In this document: piece after piece, positions 1-10,469 of the stretch | Layout of the letters: each line of letters starts with the position of its first letter | Numbering within the stretch: the stretch's first letter is position 1 | Origin: Hyphomicrobiaceae bacterium | Lineage (GTDB): Bacteria; Pseudomonadota; Alphaproteobacteria; Rhizobiales; Hyphomicrobiaceae | Direction: 5' to 3' | Assembly: GCA_050245975.1 (NCBI GenBank) | Contig: JBFWWW010000001.1 | Coordinates: 1-61,041 of the forward strand | Length of the DNA: 61,041 nucleotides | Translations under genes and position numbers: made by a program | The notes under the pieces: generated by a model | The model's database searches: none | Told to the model about the DNA's origin: nothing | What the model saw: only the letters and a program-made list of their open reading frames with translations

Positions 1-66
1 CCAGGCAATGGACAACGAGCAGCCCCGCGTTCAATTTCGGCACCAACCCGGACACGCTCGGAGCTT

Positions 67-1203
67 TCACTCCCAGCTCAACGCGCCGCCGTTCTGGTAC
101 TCGATGACGCGCGTCTCGAAGAAGTTCTTCTCCTTCTTCAGGTCCATGGCTTCCGACATCCACGGGAACGGGTTTTCGGTCTCCTTGAAAACGGGCGCGA
201 GGCCAAGCTGGCCGCAGCGGCGGTTCGCAATGAAGTGCATGTAGGTCTCGCATAGCGCCGCGTTGAGGCCGAGAAAACCCCTCGGTATGGTATCGCGCCC
301 ATAGGCGGCCTCCAGCTCGGCAGCATCGCGCAGCATCCCGCGGACTTCGTCCTGAAACGGCTTGTTCCAAAGGTGGGGGTTCTCGGCCTTGATCTGATTG
401 ATGACATCGATGCCGAAGTTCAGGTGAATGCTCTCGTCGCGCAGGATGTACTGATACTGTTCGGCAATCCCGACCATCTTGTTACGCCGGCCCAGCGACA
501 GGATCTGCGCGAAGCCGGTGTAGAACCACATGCCCTCGAACACGACGTAGAACGCCACGAGATCACGGAGGAAGTCCTGGTCGGCCTCCCGCGTGCCCGT
601 CTTGAACCCGGCATCATCGAGGTTTCGGGTGTGCTTGAGAGCCCATGCCGCTTTGTCGGTGATCGACGGCACCTCGCGGTACATATTGAAAAGCTCGCCC
701 TCGTCGAGACCGAGGCTTTCGACGATGTACTGGAATGTGTGGGTGTGCACCGCCTCTTCGAATGCCTGGCGAAGCAGGTACTGCCGGCACTCGGGGTTCG
801 TGAGATGGCGGTAGATCGCCAGCACGATATTGTTGGCAACCAGGGATTCCGAGGCAGCAAAGAATCCCAGGTTGCGCTTGATGGCGCGCCGCTCGTCCTC
901 CGTCAGACCTTCGCGCGACTTCCAAAGCGCAATGTCAGCCTGCATGGAAACCTCGGTCGGCATCCAGTGATTGTTGCAGGCGGCGAGATATTTCTCCCAC
1001 GCCCAGGTGTACTTGAGGGGGAGGAGCTGGTTCACATCGGCGCGGCAGTTGATCATCGCCTTGTCGTCGACGGATACGCGGCCGGCGCCACGGGCGATCT
1101 CACCCAGTCCGGTCGCATCTGTCGGAAGAGCAGGGTCTTTCGCTACGGGTTTACGAGGAGCCGGTGCCGGCGTTGCTGGTTCGGACCAGTCGAGCATTGT
1201 CAT
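67..1203 (-). CDS. nrdB: ribonucleoside-diphosphate reductase class Ia, beta (R2) subunit
   Basis: ORF 67..1263 carries ferritin-like di-iron motifs ([21 protein letters not shown]) and lies directly downstream of nrdA. Start trimmed to ATG 1203 (MTMLDW), which is preceded by GGAGA. Confidence 0.9.
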   Translation of the reverse strand: MTMLDWSEPATPAPAPRKPVAKDPALPTDATGLGEIARGAGRVSVDDKAMINCRADVNQLLPLKYTWAWEKYLAACNNHWMPTEVSMQADIALWKSREGLTEDERRAIKRNLGFFAASESLVANNIVLAIYRHLTNPECRQYLLRQAFEEAVHTHTFQYIVESLGLDEGELFNMYREVPSITDKAAWALKHTRNLDDAGFKTGTREADQDFLRDLVAFYVVFEGMWFYTGFAQILSLGRRNKMVGIAEQYQYILRDESIHLNFGIDVINQIKAENPHLWNKPFQDEVRGMLRDAAELEAAYGRDTIPRGFLGLNAALCETYMHFIANRRCGQLGLAPVFKETENPFPWMSEAMDLKKEKNFFETRVIEYQNGGALSWE

Positions 1204-1234
1204 GGTTCTCCGTATCGGGATGTCTGTTGCCGAC

Positions 1235-4123
1235 TTACTGGCAGGCTTCGCAGGTCGGATCATCGATCGAGCACGCCAGTACGGCCGGCTGCTCGTTCTC
1301 CGGTGGCGCCGACACCATGCCGGTGACCGAGACTGCGTTGAGCTTGCCGTCGGTGCCCTTGAGGGTTGATTTCTCGACGTGCGTGGCCGACTGCGTGCGC
1401 AGATAGTATGTCGTCTTCAACCCACGCTCCCATGCCAGCCGATAGAGAGCATCGAGCTTGCGGCCGTTGGGCGCCGCCAGGTACAGGTTCAGCAACTGAG
1501 CCTGATCGATCCACTTCTGCCGGCGCGCCGCCGCCTCGACGAGCCAATGAGCATCGATCTCGAAGGCCGTCGCGTAGAGCGCCTTCAGATCTTCCGGTAC
1601 GCGATCGATGGGCCCGAGCGAACCGTCGAAATACTTGAGATCCGATATCATCACCTCGTCCCACAACCCGCGCGTCTTGAGATCGTGGACAAGGAACGGG
1701 TTCACGACCGTGAAGTCGCCCGACATATTTGCTTTAACGTAAAGGTTGCGGAATGCAGGCTCGATCGACTGCGCCACGCCCACGATGTTGGAGATCGTCG
1801 CCGTTGGCGCGATGGCCATGACATTTGAATTGCGCATGCCGCTTTTCATCACGCGCTGGCGCAGAACGTCCCAGTCGAGCGTCATCGATGCATCGAGCCG
1901 CAGGTACTCGCCGCGCGCCTCCTCGAGCAGCTTGATGGAGTCGATGGGCAGGATGCCGCGGCTCCACAGCGATCCTTCGAAGGAGGCGTACCGCCCGCGC
2001 TCGACGGCAAGATCGACCGACGCCGAGATGGCACAATAGCTGATGGCCTCCATGCTCGCATCGGCGAACGTGACAGCTTCCGCCGAGCCGAACGGGATGC
2101 GCAGAGCATGCAGGGCGTCCTGGAATCCCATCAGGCCGAGACCAACCGGCCGATGCCGCAGATTCGAACGCCGCGCTTCGGGGATCGTGTAGAAATTGAT
2201 GTCGACCACGTTGTCGAGCATGCGCATGGCCGTGTTCACGGTGCGCGTGAGGCGCACCTTGTCCAACCCGGTGTCTGTCACGTGCGCGGCAAGATTGATG
2301 GAGCCGAGGTTGCAGACGGCCACTTCGGCATCCGAGGTGTTGAGCGTGATCTCTGTGCACAGGTTGGATGAGTGAATGACCCCGCAGTGTTGCTGCGGCG
2401 ACCGGATATTGCAGGGGTCCTTGAAAGTGACCCACGGGTGCCCGGTCTCGAACAGCATGGTCAGCATGCGACGCCAGAGGTCCACGGCGCGCACACGCTT
2501 GGCAACCTTCATCTCCATGCGCTCGGCCTTTTGCTCGTAGGCGGCGTAGCGTTCGGCGAAGCCCCTGCCATAGAGATCGTGCAGGTCCGGCGTTTCATCC
2601 GGCGAGAACAGCGTCCACTGGCCATCTTCGGCCACGCGCTGCATGAAGAGGTCCGGCACCCAATTGGCCGTGTTCATGTCATGCGTGCGACGGCGGTCGT
2701 CACCGGTGTTCTTCCTCAAGTCGAGAAACTCTTCGATGTCGATATGCCACGTTTCCAGGTAAGCGCAGACCGCACCCTTGCGCTTGCCGCCCTGGTTGAC
2801 GGCGATTGCCGTGTCATTCGCCACCTTTAGGAACGGCACTACGCCCTGGCTCTGGCCGTTGGTTCCCTTGATGTGCGCACCCAGTCCGCGCACGCGCGAC
2901 CAGTCGTTGCCAAGGCCGCCGGAATACTTGGCCAGCAAGGCATTGTCCTTGATGGACTTGAAGATGCTGTCGAGATCGTCCGAAACGGTCGTCAGGAAAC
3001 AAGACGATAACTGCGGCCGTGTTGTGCCGGCATTGAACAGCGTCGGCGTCGAGCACATGAAATCGAACGAGGAGATCAGATCATAGAACTCGATAGCGCG
3101 CGCCTCCCGATCGATCTCCCGCAAGGCAAGACCCATGGCCACGCGCATGAAGAACGCCTGCGGCAGCTCGAAACGCACGCCACGTGTTTGCAGAAAGTAG
3201 CGGTCGTAAAGCGTCTGCAGGCCGAGGAATTGAAACTGCAGGTCGCGCTCTGGTTTCAAGGCGGCGGCAAGGCGAGCGAGATCGAAGCGGCCCAGCTCGG
3301 GATCAAGCAGCTCGGCCTTGATGCCGGTTGCGACATAGGCCGGAAAGTACTCGGGATAGCGTGCGCTCATGTCGGACTGGGTTGCCTGCTCAGGCCGCCC
3401 GTGGACGAAGCTCAACGCCTCGGATCGCAGCTTGTCGAGCAGAAGACGCGCGGTGACGTAGGCGTAGTTTGGTTCCTGCTCGATCAATGTCCGCGCCGCC
3501 ATGATCGGGGCAAGCACCAACTCCTCGGGGGTGATGCCGTCGTAGAGGTTGCGGTGGGTCTCGGCGAGGATTGGGGCGGCTTCGACATCGCTCAGGCCAC
3601 TGCACGCTTCGGTGACGACCTGCGCCAGCCGCGCATCGTCAAGCGCAACAAGAGTGCCGTCGGCCCGCTTGACATGGAGTGACGGTCCTGCAGCGACGGC
3701 GATCGTGGCGGATTTTGCAGCCGCGCGCTGCCGGGCACGCTCCTCGCGGTACAGCACGTACGCACGTGCGACTTTGTGATGCTCGCCCCGCATCAGCGCG
3801 AGTTCGACCTGGTCCTGTATTTCCTCGACATGGAATGTGCGACCTGCCTCGCCGCGCCGCGTCAGAGCCCCCATCACCTGCTGGGTCACGCCTTCAACCG
3901 CTTCGTGGACACGGCGCGAGGCTGCAGCGCGCCCGCCTTCAACCGCGAGGAATGCTTTGGTAACAGCCACACTGATCTTGCTGGCATCGAACGGCGTGAC
4001 AGAACCGTTGCGGCGGATCACCTGATAGGAGGGTGTCGCGGTTGTCGGAGGTTCACCAGCGACGGCCTTGGCGCCCCCATTGCGGCCCGGCGTTCCCGGC
4101 CGTGCTTCAAGAGTCATAGACAT
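1235..4123 (-). CDS. nrdA: ribonucleoside-diphosphate reductase class Ia, alpha (R1) subunit
   Basis: ORF 1235..4216 has an ATP-cone-like N-terminus ([18 protein letters not shown]), an active-site region ([11 protein letters not shown]) and a C-terminal redox tail (DDPTCEACQ). It is followed by nrdB. Start probably ATG 4123 or 4117 (MSMTLEA). Confidence 0.9.
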   Translation of the reverse strand: MSMTLEARPGTPGRNGGAKAVAGEPPTTATPSYQVIRRNGSVTPFDASKISVAVTKAFLAVEGGRAAASRRVHEAVEGVTQQVMGALTRRGEAGRTFHVEEIQDQVELALMRGEHHKVARAYVLYREERARQRAAAKSATIAVAAGPSLHVKRADGTLVALDDARLAQVVTEACSGLSDVEAAPILAETHRNLYDGITPEELVLAPIMAARTLIEQEPNYAYVTARLLLDKLRSEALSFVHGRPEQATQSDMSARYPEYFPAYVATGIKAELLDPELGRFDLARLAAALKPERDLQFQFLGLQTLYDRYFLQTRGVRFELPQAFFMRVAMGLALREIDREARAIEFYDLISSFDFMCSTPTLFNAGTTRPQLSSCFLTTVSDDLDSIFKSIKDNALLAKYSGGLGNDWSRVRGLGAHIKGTNGQSQGVVPFLKVANDTAIAVNQGGKRKGAVCAYLETWHIDIEEFLDLRKNTGDDRRRTHDMNTANWVPDLFMQRVAEDGQWTLFSPDETPDLHDLYGRGFAERYAAYEQKAERMEMKVAKRVRAVDLWRRMLTMLFETGHPWVTFKDPCNIRSPQQHCGVIHSSNLCTEITLNTSDAEVAVCNLGSINLAAHVTDTGLDKVRLTRTVNTAMRMLDNVVDINFYTIPEARRSNLRHRPVGLGLMGFQDALHALRIPFGSAEAVTFADASMEAISYCAISASVDLAVERGRYASFEGSLWSRGILPIDSIKLLEEARGEYLRLDASMTLDWDVLRQRVMKSGMRNSNVMAIAPTATISNIVGVAQSIEPAFRNLYVKANMSGDFTVVNPFLVHDLKTRGLWDEVMISDLKYFDGSLGPIDRVPEDLKALYATAFEIDAHWLVEAAARRQKWIDQAQLLNLYLAAPNGRKLDALYRLAWERGLKTTYYLRTQSATHVEKSTLKGTDGKLNAVSVTGMVSAPPENEQPAVLACSIDDPTCEACQ

Positions 4124-4239
4124 CGGCATACACCCCATCTTGCTGGGGGCATGGGCCGAGCGGACGCATGCTGGAAGGGCGCAGTATACGCGCCTGCAAG
4201 CCTGGCAAGCGACCACCGGGACACCCCGCCCGAGGACGT

Positions 4240-4432
4240 TTTTCGCTTGTCGAGGCAGGTCTCCTGGCTCGCGGGTCGCTGCTCTCGTCCGGTCTTCCCA
4301 AACCCTCGGGTTCAGTGACTCAGAATGGACGAAAGCTCGCCGCTCACAGTTGCGGGGGCAGCCCCGGAATGGCCCGAAGTAGGCGCACCGGGTTCCCTCT
4401 TAGCCCGGGGCCGAACAGGCCCCGAGAACCAC
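4240..4432 (-). promoter_or_regulatory. cobalamin (B12) riboswitch in the nrdAB leader
   Basis: The minus strand reads AAGAGGGAACCCGGTG ... GGGGCTGCCCCCGCAACTGTGAGCGG ... GAGCCAGGAGACCTGCCTCG. The last segment is the B12 box (plus-strand 4251..4270). These are the conserved core elements of cobalamin riboswitches. Confidence 0.85.
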
Positions 4433-4434
4433 GA

Positions 4435-4450
4435 CATCTATATCTAGATG
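4435..4450. promoter_or_regulatory. 16-bp palindrome CATCTATATCTAGATG, a possible NrdR-box-like operator or -10 region of the nrdAB promoter
   Basis: Perfect 6-4-6 palindrome just upstream of the riboswitch 5' end. Its AT-rich core resembles the NrdR box (acaCwAtATaTwGtgt) in about 9 of 16 positions. No second tandem box was found. Confidence 0.3.
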
Positions 4451-4568
4451 GCGATTCGCATCACGAACGCAACGGGTGGCGGCGGATGGACGGCGGAACC
4501 CCGCCAAATTCGAGTTTACCTGTATCCTTTTGTTGTGTACAACGACGTAATACAGAAATGCATTCAAA

Positions 4569-5318
4569 ATGGCGCCTGCGTTGGGGACTGTGCCGTTTTA
4601 CGAGGAGGGGAATGTGCCACGCGCCTCGGCCGTCAAGCAGATCGTTCCGACGCTTCGCCATCGGCTCTTGGACTGGTCCTATCCACCACGCCATCCGCTG
4701 ACCGAAGAGAGTCTGTGCGCTGAGTTCGGCGTCAGCCGTTCGCCGATCCGTCAGGCTTTGACCGAACTCGCCGCCGAAGGATTGCTCGAGCGTGACCCGC
4801 ACCAAAGCTACCGAGTGCGCCAGCTCTTGCTCACTGATGTCCAGGATCTCTACGAGTTTCGCTACGCCATCGAGGTGCAGGCAGTGCGAGGGCTCGCTCG
4901 AAACGGGCTTGCCAAGGATGTCGACGCGCGGCTGCGCAACCAGTGGGCGAATCCCAAAAAGCTCAAGAAGCTTTCACCGCAGGTCTTGGCTGGCCTCGAC
5001 GAGGCTTTCCATGCCGACCTTGTCGCGGCTCATGGCAACCAGCTGATGGTGGACCAAATCCGGCGCATCAATGAGCGCCTGCATGCGTTCCGCGCGTTCG
5101 ATTTCTCGCACAGTGATCGTGCGCAATCGACCGGCGAGGAACACACGGCCGTTCTTGATCGCATCGCAGCCCGCGATGAGACGGGGGCTGCTGACGCACT
5201 ACGTCAGAACATCACCAGTGGCCTCGACAACGTTGAGATCACCATCATGCATTTGTTGGCGCGGTCTCATTCTTGTGTCGAAAACAGGGAGAAACGACAT
5301 GGACGCCGCAGCCTCTAA
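4569..5318 (+). CDS. GntR-family transcriptional regulator (FCD-type C-terminal domain)
   Basis: Winged-HTH motif LTEESLCAEFGVSRSPIRQALTELAAEGLLERD followed by a helical FCD-like domain. Divergent from nrdA and first gene of a co-directional cluster. Confidence 0.85.
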   Translation: MAPALGTVPFYEEGNVPRASAVKQIVPTLRHRLLDWSYPPRHPLTEESLCAEFGVSRSPIRQALTELAAEGLLERDPHQSYRVRQLLLTDVQDLYEFRYAIEVQAVRGLARNGLAKDVDARLRNQWANPKKLKKLSPQVLAGLDEAFHADLVAAHGNQLMVDQIRRINERLHAFRAFDFSHSDRAQSTGEEHTAVLDRIAARDETGAADALRQNITSGLDNVEITIMHLLARSHSCVENREKRHGRRSL

Positions 5319-6903
5319 AGCTCGCCCCACACTTTGGGCTGCAGGAGACATGAATGCCTTCTTCGGCCTATTCACCAACGTTCTTCTGAACGTCCTGGTT
5401 CTTTCCTCTCTCTGTCTCGGCGTGGCAAGGTTGCCGAGCGACCTTGTGTTCGGGCGCATTCTGCCGGCACTCGGCATTGCACTGCCGATCGGCAATCTCT
5501 ACTACGCCTGGCTCGCCTACCGGCGTGGCATGGCCGACGGCCGCAACGACGTGGCGGCATTGCCCTACGGGCCGAGCGTGCCACAGATGTTCATTGTCAC
5601 CTTCGTGGTGATGCTGCCGACCTACATCGCGACCAACGATGCCATCCTCGGTTGGAAGCTCGGCCTGATCTGGGCGATGATCGTCGGCCTCATCACGCTA
5701 AGCGGAATCCTGGTTGGCCCCGCGATCCGCAAGTACACGCCCCGCGCTGCGATGCTCGGCACACTGGCGGGTGTCTCCATCGCCTTCATATCAATGCGTC
5801 CGGCATTCCTGATCTTCGATACCGCCTGGATCGGGCTGATCTGCTTCATGATCGTGCTGGTCTCATGGGTCGGGCGGACGCGCCTGCCCTTCGGGCTTCC
5901 CGGTGGCCTGGTCATTATCGTGCTCGGCGGCGTCATGGCCTGGGTCGGCGTGTGGATGGGCTGGACCGACATCATGTCGACCAAGAAGGTCAGCGGATCA
6001 CTGGATCTGGTGTCCCTGCATCTGCCGATGTTCTCCTTCGACGTGTTCTCGGTGCCGATGGATAAGGTCTGGCCGCTCCTGGTCACCGCCATTCCGCTCG
6101 GCATCTACAATTTCACCGAAGCGATGAACAACGTCGAATCGGCCGCCGCCAGCGGTGACGAATACGACCTGCGTTACGTGCTGTTTGCCGACGGACTTGG
6201 CGGCGTGGTCGGCGCGCTGCTCGGCTCACCGTTTCCGCCGGCGGTCTATATCGGCCATCCGGGTTGGAAGGCGATGGGCGGCCGTGTTGGCTATTCGCTG
6301 TTCACCGGCATCTTCGTGTCCATCGTCTGCTTCTTCGGCCTAGCCGCGTTCCTCCTGTCGGTCGTGCCGTTGGTCGCCATCCTGCCTATCCTGCTGTTTA
6401 TCGGGCTGGTGATCGGGGCGCAGGCGTTCCAGGCTTGTCCGCGCCGGCACGCGCCGGCCATCGTGTTGGCGCTCGTGCCCAGCATCGCCGAGTGGGCGCG
6501 GGGGCAGGTCTCCGGCACGCTGAGCGCCGCAGGCGTCGCCACAAATCCGGTGCCGCCCGACACGATCAAGGCTCTGGCCGGCAACGGCGTGATCTATCAT
6601 GGCATGGAGCTTGCCGGCGGCGGTGCGGTCCTTGCCGGCCTGATGCTCGGTGCGATCGCGGTGTTCGTGATCGACCGCCGCTTCAACTGGGCGGCTGTAT
6701 TCGCGATGTTCGCGGCCGCGCTGTCGTTTTTCGGCTTCATCAACGGCTCTCACCTCGCGATCAATGCCTCGCCTGCCGTGAGTGCGGCCTATTTCATGGC
6801 GTCGCTGATGTTCTCGTTTCTTGCCTGGCGTCAGCTGAAGGACGGCGAGGGCATCAGCTGGCTCCCTGTCGACAACGATGAAGAAGGTGTCCTTCATTCA
6901 TGA
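5299..6903 (+). CDS. NCS2/AzgA-like (xanthine/uracil/vitamin C permease superfamily) transporter
   Basis: Polytopic membrane protein within ORF 5071..6903. ATG 5299 (MDAAASK) is preceded by AGGGAGA. Motifs such as NFTEAMNNVESAAASGD and YIGHPGWKAMGGRVGYS are typical of this family. Confidence 0.75.
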   Translation: MDAAASKARPTLWAAGDMNAFFGLFTNVLLNVLVLSSLCLGVARLPSDLVFGRILPALGIALPIGNLYYAWLAYRRGMADGRNDVAALPYGPSVPQMFIVTFVVMLPTYIATNDAILGWKLGLIWAMIVGLITLSGILVGPAIRKYTPRAAMLGTLAGVSIAFISMRPAFLIFDTAWIGLICFMIVLVSWVGRTRLPFGLPGGLVIIVLGGVMAWVGVWMGWTDIMSTKKVSGSLDLVSLHLPMFSFDVFSVPMDKVWPLLVTAIPLGIYNFTEAMNNVESAAASGDEYDLRYVLFADGLGGVVGALLGSPFPPAVYIGHPGWKAMGGRVGYSLFTGIFVSIVCFFGLAAFLLSVVPLVAILPILLFIGLVIGAQAFQACPRRHAPAIVLALVPSIAEWARGQVSGTLSAAGVATNPVPPDTIKALAGNGVIYHGMELAGGGAVLAGLMLGAIAVFVIDRRFNWAAVFAMFAAALSFFGFINGSHLAINASPAVSAAYFMASLMFSFLAWRQLKDGEGISWLPVDNDEEGVLHS

Positions 6904-7280
6904 GCAAAACACTGTTCGTCAACGGCACCCTGATGAAGGGCCTCGCTCTGCACAAAAATCTGGAAGGTGCCGAATTCCTCGGTGCCTTCCACACGGCCCC
7001 GATCTACCGCATCTACTCCATCAACGACGTGCATCCGGGCATGTACGAAGTCGCGAGCGGTGGCGTGTCGGTCGCCGGCGAGCTGTACAAAATGAGCGAC
7101 GAGACCTGGGCCAAGGTCGAGGCCGGTGAACCGCCGCACCTCTACTGTGGGCCGGTCAAGCTCAACAACGGGCGCATTGTCGAGGGCATCCTGTATCCCG
7201 CGGACAAGATCAAGCCGGAGCACGTCGATATTTCGCGCTTCGGCGACTGGCGCGTCTACATGGCATCCAAGGACAAGTGA
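6900..7280 (+). CDS. gamma-glutamylcyclotransferase / AIG2-like family protein
   Basis: 126 aa. The N-terminal LFVNGTLMKG and the later GELY are typical of the GGCT/AIG2-like fold. ATGA overlap with the permease stop. Confidence 0.65.
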   Translation: MSKTLFVNGTLMKGLALHKNLEGAEFLGAFHTAPIYRIYSINDVHPGMYEVASGGVSVAGELYKMSDETWAKVEAGEPPHLYCGPVKLNNGRIVEGILYPADKIKPEHVDISRFGDWRVYMASKDK

Positions 7281-7352
7281 ATGCCCAGGCGGAGGAGGCA
7301 TCCTCCTCCGCCTGCATCGACCGTAAGGACCGCGAACGTCTGGAGTGGCGTC

Positions 7353-8018
7353 ATGACAAAAATTTTCAAGGCCGAGCCTTGCGATCTGGGTTTTGATCTG
7401 GCGAGTACCGCGCTCGTCATCATCGACATGCAGCGCGACTTCCTTGAGCCCGGCGGGTTTGGTTCGATGCTCGGCAACGACGTTTCGCTGCTGCGCTCGT
7501 CCATTGCCCCGTGCAAGGCGGTGCTGGAAGCGGCACGCAAGGCGAAGATGCTCGTAATCCATACCCGCGAGGGCCATGCGCCCGACATGGCAGACTGCCC
7601 GCCATCGAAGAAGGTGCGGGGAGGCCTGAAGGTCGGCATCGGCGATGAAGGTCCGATGGGTCGCGTGCTGATCCGCGGCGAGAAGGGGCACGACATCATT
7701 CCGGAACTCAGTCCGGCACCGAACGAGCCGGTGATCGACAAGCCGGGCAAGGGTGCGTTCTTCGCCACAGACCTCGAGTTGATGCTGCGTAATCGCGGCA
7801 TCAAGACACTGATCGTCTGCGGCGTGACCACGGAGGTCTGCGTCAATACCACGGTGCGCGAAGCCAACGATCGCGGCTTCGAATGCCTTGTCGTATCGGA
7901 TGCGGTCGGTTCCTATTTTCCTGAGTTCAATCGCATCGCCCTGGAAATGATCAAGGCGCAGGGCGGGATCTTCGGTTGGGTCGCGCCGTCTGCGGCCGTC
8001 ATAGCCGCCATCGGCTGA
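7353..8018 (+). CDS. isochorismatase-family cysteine hydrolase (biuret hydrolase / ureidoacrylate amidohydrolase-like)
   Basis: Contains IIDMQRDFLEPGG, LVIHTREGH and LIVCGVTTEVCV (catalytic Cys context). ATG 7353 is preceded by GGAG. Confidence 0.8.
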   Translation: MTKIFKAEPCDLGFDLASTALVIIDMQRDFLEPGGFGSMLGNDVSLLRSSIAPCKAVLEAARKAKMLVIHTREGHAPDMADCPPSKKVRGGLKVGIGDEGPMGRVLIRGEKGHDIIPELSPAPNEPVIDKPGKGAFFATDLELMLRNRGIKTLIVCGVTTEVCVNTTVREANDRGFECLVVSDAVGSYFPEFNRIALEMIKAQGGIFGWVAPSAAVIAAIG

Positions 8019-8029
8019 CGCGGCACACC

Positions 8030-9004
8030 GTGATCCACCTCCAGGCAAAACATGCCGGCGCGGACATCTCGGCCTCGCCCTTCACGGGGACCGTCGAGGC
8101 GGTGTTTGCCAATGCTTGCGCCTTCACGCTCGACGACGGGCGTCGCCTCACCTTGCTCGCCGGAACGAAAGAGCAGGGCATGCGCATCATCGCTCTCTCC
8201 AGGGAAGATTGGTGCAGGCTTCATCCGCTCCTGCAGGTCGGCCGGCGTATCGTGGGAGACGATGGCGTCCTGTCCGGCCCCGGCTTCCGTGTCGGCTACC
8301 GGAGTAACACCACCCTGTGGCACGCGCCGGCGTTCCCAGGCCATGTCCCCGCAAACGGTTGGCAGCCGGGTCTCGTCGAAGCGAAGGCGTGCCTCGACGT
8401 TGCGATGCAGGAATTGACGCCGGAGATGACACGGACGGCGGCGTATCGGCGCTTCGCGGATCTGTGCGGCAAGCTGCATCGGCAGGAAGCTGCGGATCGG
8501 GAAGTGTTTCGGCTGGTTGGCCTCGGCACGGGGCTCACGCCGAGCGGCGACGATCTCCTTTGCGGTTTACTTGGAGCGCTCGCGGCCGCGGGCGACGCGC
8601 GCTTCGAAGCCGTACGCCGAGAAGTGATGCAGCATCTCGATCGCACCACGTCGGCCAGCAGAGACTATCTCGCTCAGGCTTGCACACCGTGGTGGACCGG
8701 CCTGCTCTACGAGTTCTTCGCCGCGATCGGCGGGCCGGACGGCGACATTGCCGGCAGCTTCAGGCGCCTTGCTGCGCGGGGCCACAGTTCCGGCATCGAT
8801 CAGGCCGCTGGCCTCGTGGCCGGCCTCGCCCTCGCTGCCGGCGATGCCGATTTTTTCCCCCCGCATTTAGGCGCGGCACTTCCGCGACCGCTGTTCTCAA
8901 GGAGTTCCCATGGCCCTGCTCGTTCATTTCTTTCCGAACATGTATCGGGACTCGGTCGCGCTGATGCAGCTCTCGGCCAAGATCGTGAATTTGCCTGGCA
9001 TTGA
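8030..9004 (+). CDS. DUF2877 (YlbF-like) protein
   Basis: ORF 7976..9004. Position and composition match the YlbF partner of FdrA/YlbE. Start uncertain (GTG 8030 is the first start after the preceding stop). The 3' end overlaps fdrA by 95 nt. Confidence 0.55.
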   Translation: MIHLQAKHAGADISASPFTGTVEAVFANACAFTLDDGRRLTLLAGTKEQGMRIIALSREDWCRLHPLLQVGRRIVGDDGVLSGPGFRVGYRSNTTLWHAPAFPGHVPANGWQPGLVEAKACLDVAMQELTPEMTRTAAYRRFADLCGKLHRQEAADREVFRLVGLGTGLTPSGDDLLCGLLGALAAAGDARFEAVRREVMQHLDRTTSASRDYLAQACTPWWTGLLYEFFAAIGGPDGDIAGSFRRLAARGHSSGIDQAAGLVAGLALAAGDADFFPPHLGAALPRPLFSRSSHGPARSFLSEHVSGLGRADAALGQDREFAWH

Positions 9005-10469
9005 GGTGGCCTCGGCTCAGATGGCGACCGAGGCCAACATCGACTTGATGGCCCAAGCCGGACTGCTCGACGAACGGCCCGCCACGCGCCCCAACGACAT
9101 GCTGCTCGTCGTACGTGGGGAGGAGGCCGGTCTGCAGGCTGCCCTCGACTTTGCTGAGGCGGCCCTGTCAAGGAAGGCCACGAACGACGACGGCACTGTG
9201 CAGAAAGCACCGCCGAAAGCCATCGTCATGGCGCTTCAGGATGAGGCCAAGGGGGCCAATCTCGCGCTGATCTCAACCCCTGGCTCGTTTGCTGCCGCCG
9301 AGGCGATGAAGGCGCTGAAACTCGGTCTCGACGTGATGATCTTCTCCGACAATGTGCCGGTAGATGAGGAAGTCGCGATCAAGCGTTATGGCCACTCCCG
9401 CAACCTTCTGGTGATGGGGCCCGATTGCGGCACCGCGATCATCAACGGTGTGCCGCTCGCTTTCGCCAATGTGGTTCGCAAGGGTGGGATTGGCGTTGTC
9501 GGGGCCTCTGGCACCGGCTTGCAGCAGGTGACTTGCCTGATCCACCAGGCGGGCGAGGGCGTGACCCAGGCGATCGGCACCGGCGGCCACGATCTCTCGG
9601 AAGCGGTCGGCGGCCTGACCATGCTCACCGCCCTCCAGCAGCTCGGCGCTGATCCCGCAACCAAGGTCATCGTGCTCATCTCCAAGCCGCCGGCCAAGGC
9701 GGTGGCAGACAAGGTGCTGGCAGCGGCCCGCGGCACCGGAAAGCCGGTGGTTGTGTGCTTCCTCGGCGCCACGCTGGCCGACGTCGAATCGCAAGGCTTC
9801 GATGGTGCGCTGACCCTGGAGGAGGCAGCGCTGCGCGCCGTCGAGACCCTGAAATCCGGCAAGGCAAAATTTCGCTCCGACCACGGCGCCACTGCGGAGC
9901 TGAAGGCGCGAGCGAAGCGGCTCGCCGCCTCGATCGGCCCGGGCCGCAGATACCTGCGTGGCCTCTATAGCGGTGGCACCTTCTGCTACGAAGCGCTGAT
10001 TCTGTTGCAGGATGTGCTGCCCGGCTTGCAATCGAATACGCCGACCAAGAAGACGGCACGCATGTCCGATCTTTGGCGGAGCAGCGGCCACACGATCATG
10101 GACCTTGGCGACGACGATTTCACACGCGGACGGGCACATCCGATGATCGATCCGGCGTTACGCCTGGAGCGCATCGGTCAGGAAGCGGCGGACCCAGAAA
10201 CCGCAATCATTCTCCTGGACGTCGTGCTTGGTTACGGCGCCCATGCAAATCCCGCAGGCGTTCTGGCGCCAGCCATCGAAAAGGCACGGGCCGGGACCGG
10301 CGGAAAAGGGGCTCCGGCCTTCGTCGCCCAGATATGCGGCACCGATGCCGATCCGCAGGATATGGACCGGCAGGCCGAGATCCTGCGCGCCGCCGGCGTC
10401 GACGTTTCCTTCAGCAATGCCGAAGCGGTCGCACTCATTCGCGCTGCTTTTGAAAACATCAAAGGGTGA
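8910..10469 (+). CDS. fdrA: FdrA-family protein (succinyl-CoA-ligase-alpha-like acyl-CoA synthetase fold)
   Basis: N-terminus MALLVHFFPNMYRDSVALMQLS resembles the FdrA N-terminus, with CoA-ligase-like glycine-rich segments (GIGVVGASGTG). Strong RBS AAGGAG 5 nt upstream of the ATG. Confidence 0.8.
   Translation: MALLVHFFPNMYRDSVALMQLSAKIVNLPGIEVASAQMATEANIDLMAQAGLLDERPATRPNDMLLVVRGEEAGLQAALDFAEAALSRKATNDDGTVQKAPPKAIVMALQDEAKGANLALISTPGSFAAAEAMKALKLGLDVMIFSDNVPVDEEVAIKRYGHSRNLLVMGPDCGTAIINGVPLAFANVVRKGGIGVVGASGTGLQQVTCLIHQAGEGVTQAIGTGGHDLSEAVGGLTMLTALQQLGADPATKVIVLISKPPAKAVADKVLAAARGTGKPVVVCFLGATLADVESQGFDGALTLEEAALRAVETLKSGKAKFRSDHGATAELKARAKRLAASIGPGRRYLRGLYSGGTFCYEALILLQDVLPGLQSNTPTKKTARMSDLWRSSGHTIMDLGDDDFTRGRAHPMIDPALRLERIGQEAADPETAIILLDVVLGYGAHANPAGVLAPAIEKARAGTGGKGAPAFVAQICGTDADPQDMDRQAEILRAAGVDVSFSNAEAVALIRAAFENIKG

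Noticed and set aside
373-1326. 317-aa plus-strand ORF
   Set aside because: It is entirely antisense to nrdB, which has clear family motifs. This is a typical high-GC shadow ORF with Arg/Gly/Val-rich composition.
4435-4480. Tandem NrdR boxes upstream of nrdAB
   Set aside because: Only one partial palindrome is present. No second box was found at the usual ~31-32 bp spacing on either side, so NrdR control is left as a low-confidence note.
6894-8048. 384-aa minus-strand ORF
   Set aside because: It is antisense to the GGCT-like and isochorismatase-family genes, both of which carry recognisable motifs. It is a shadow ORF.
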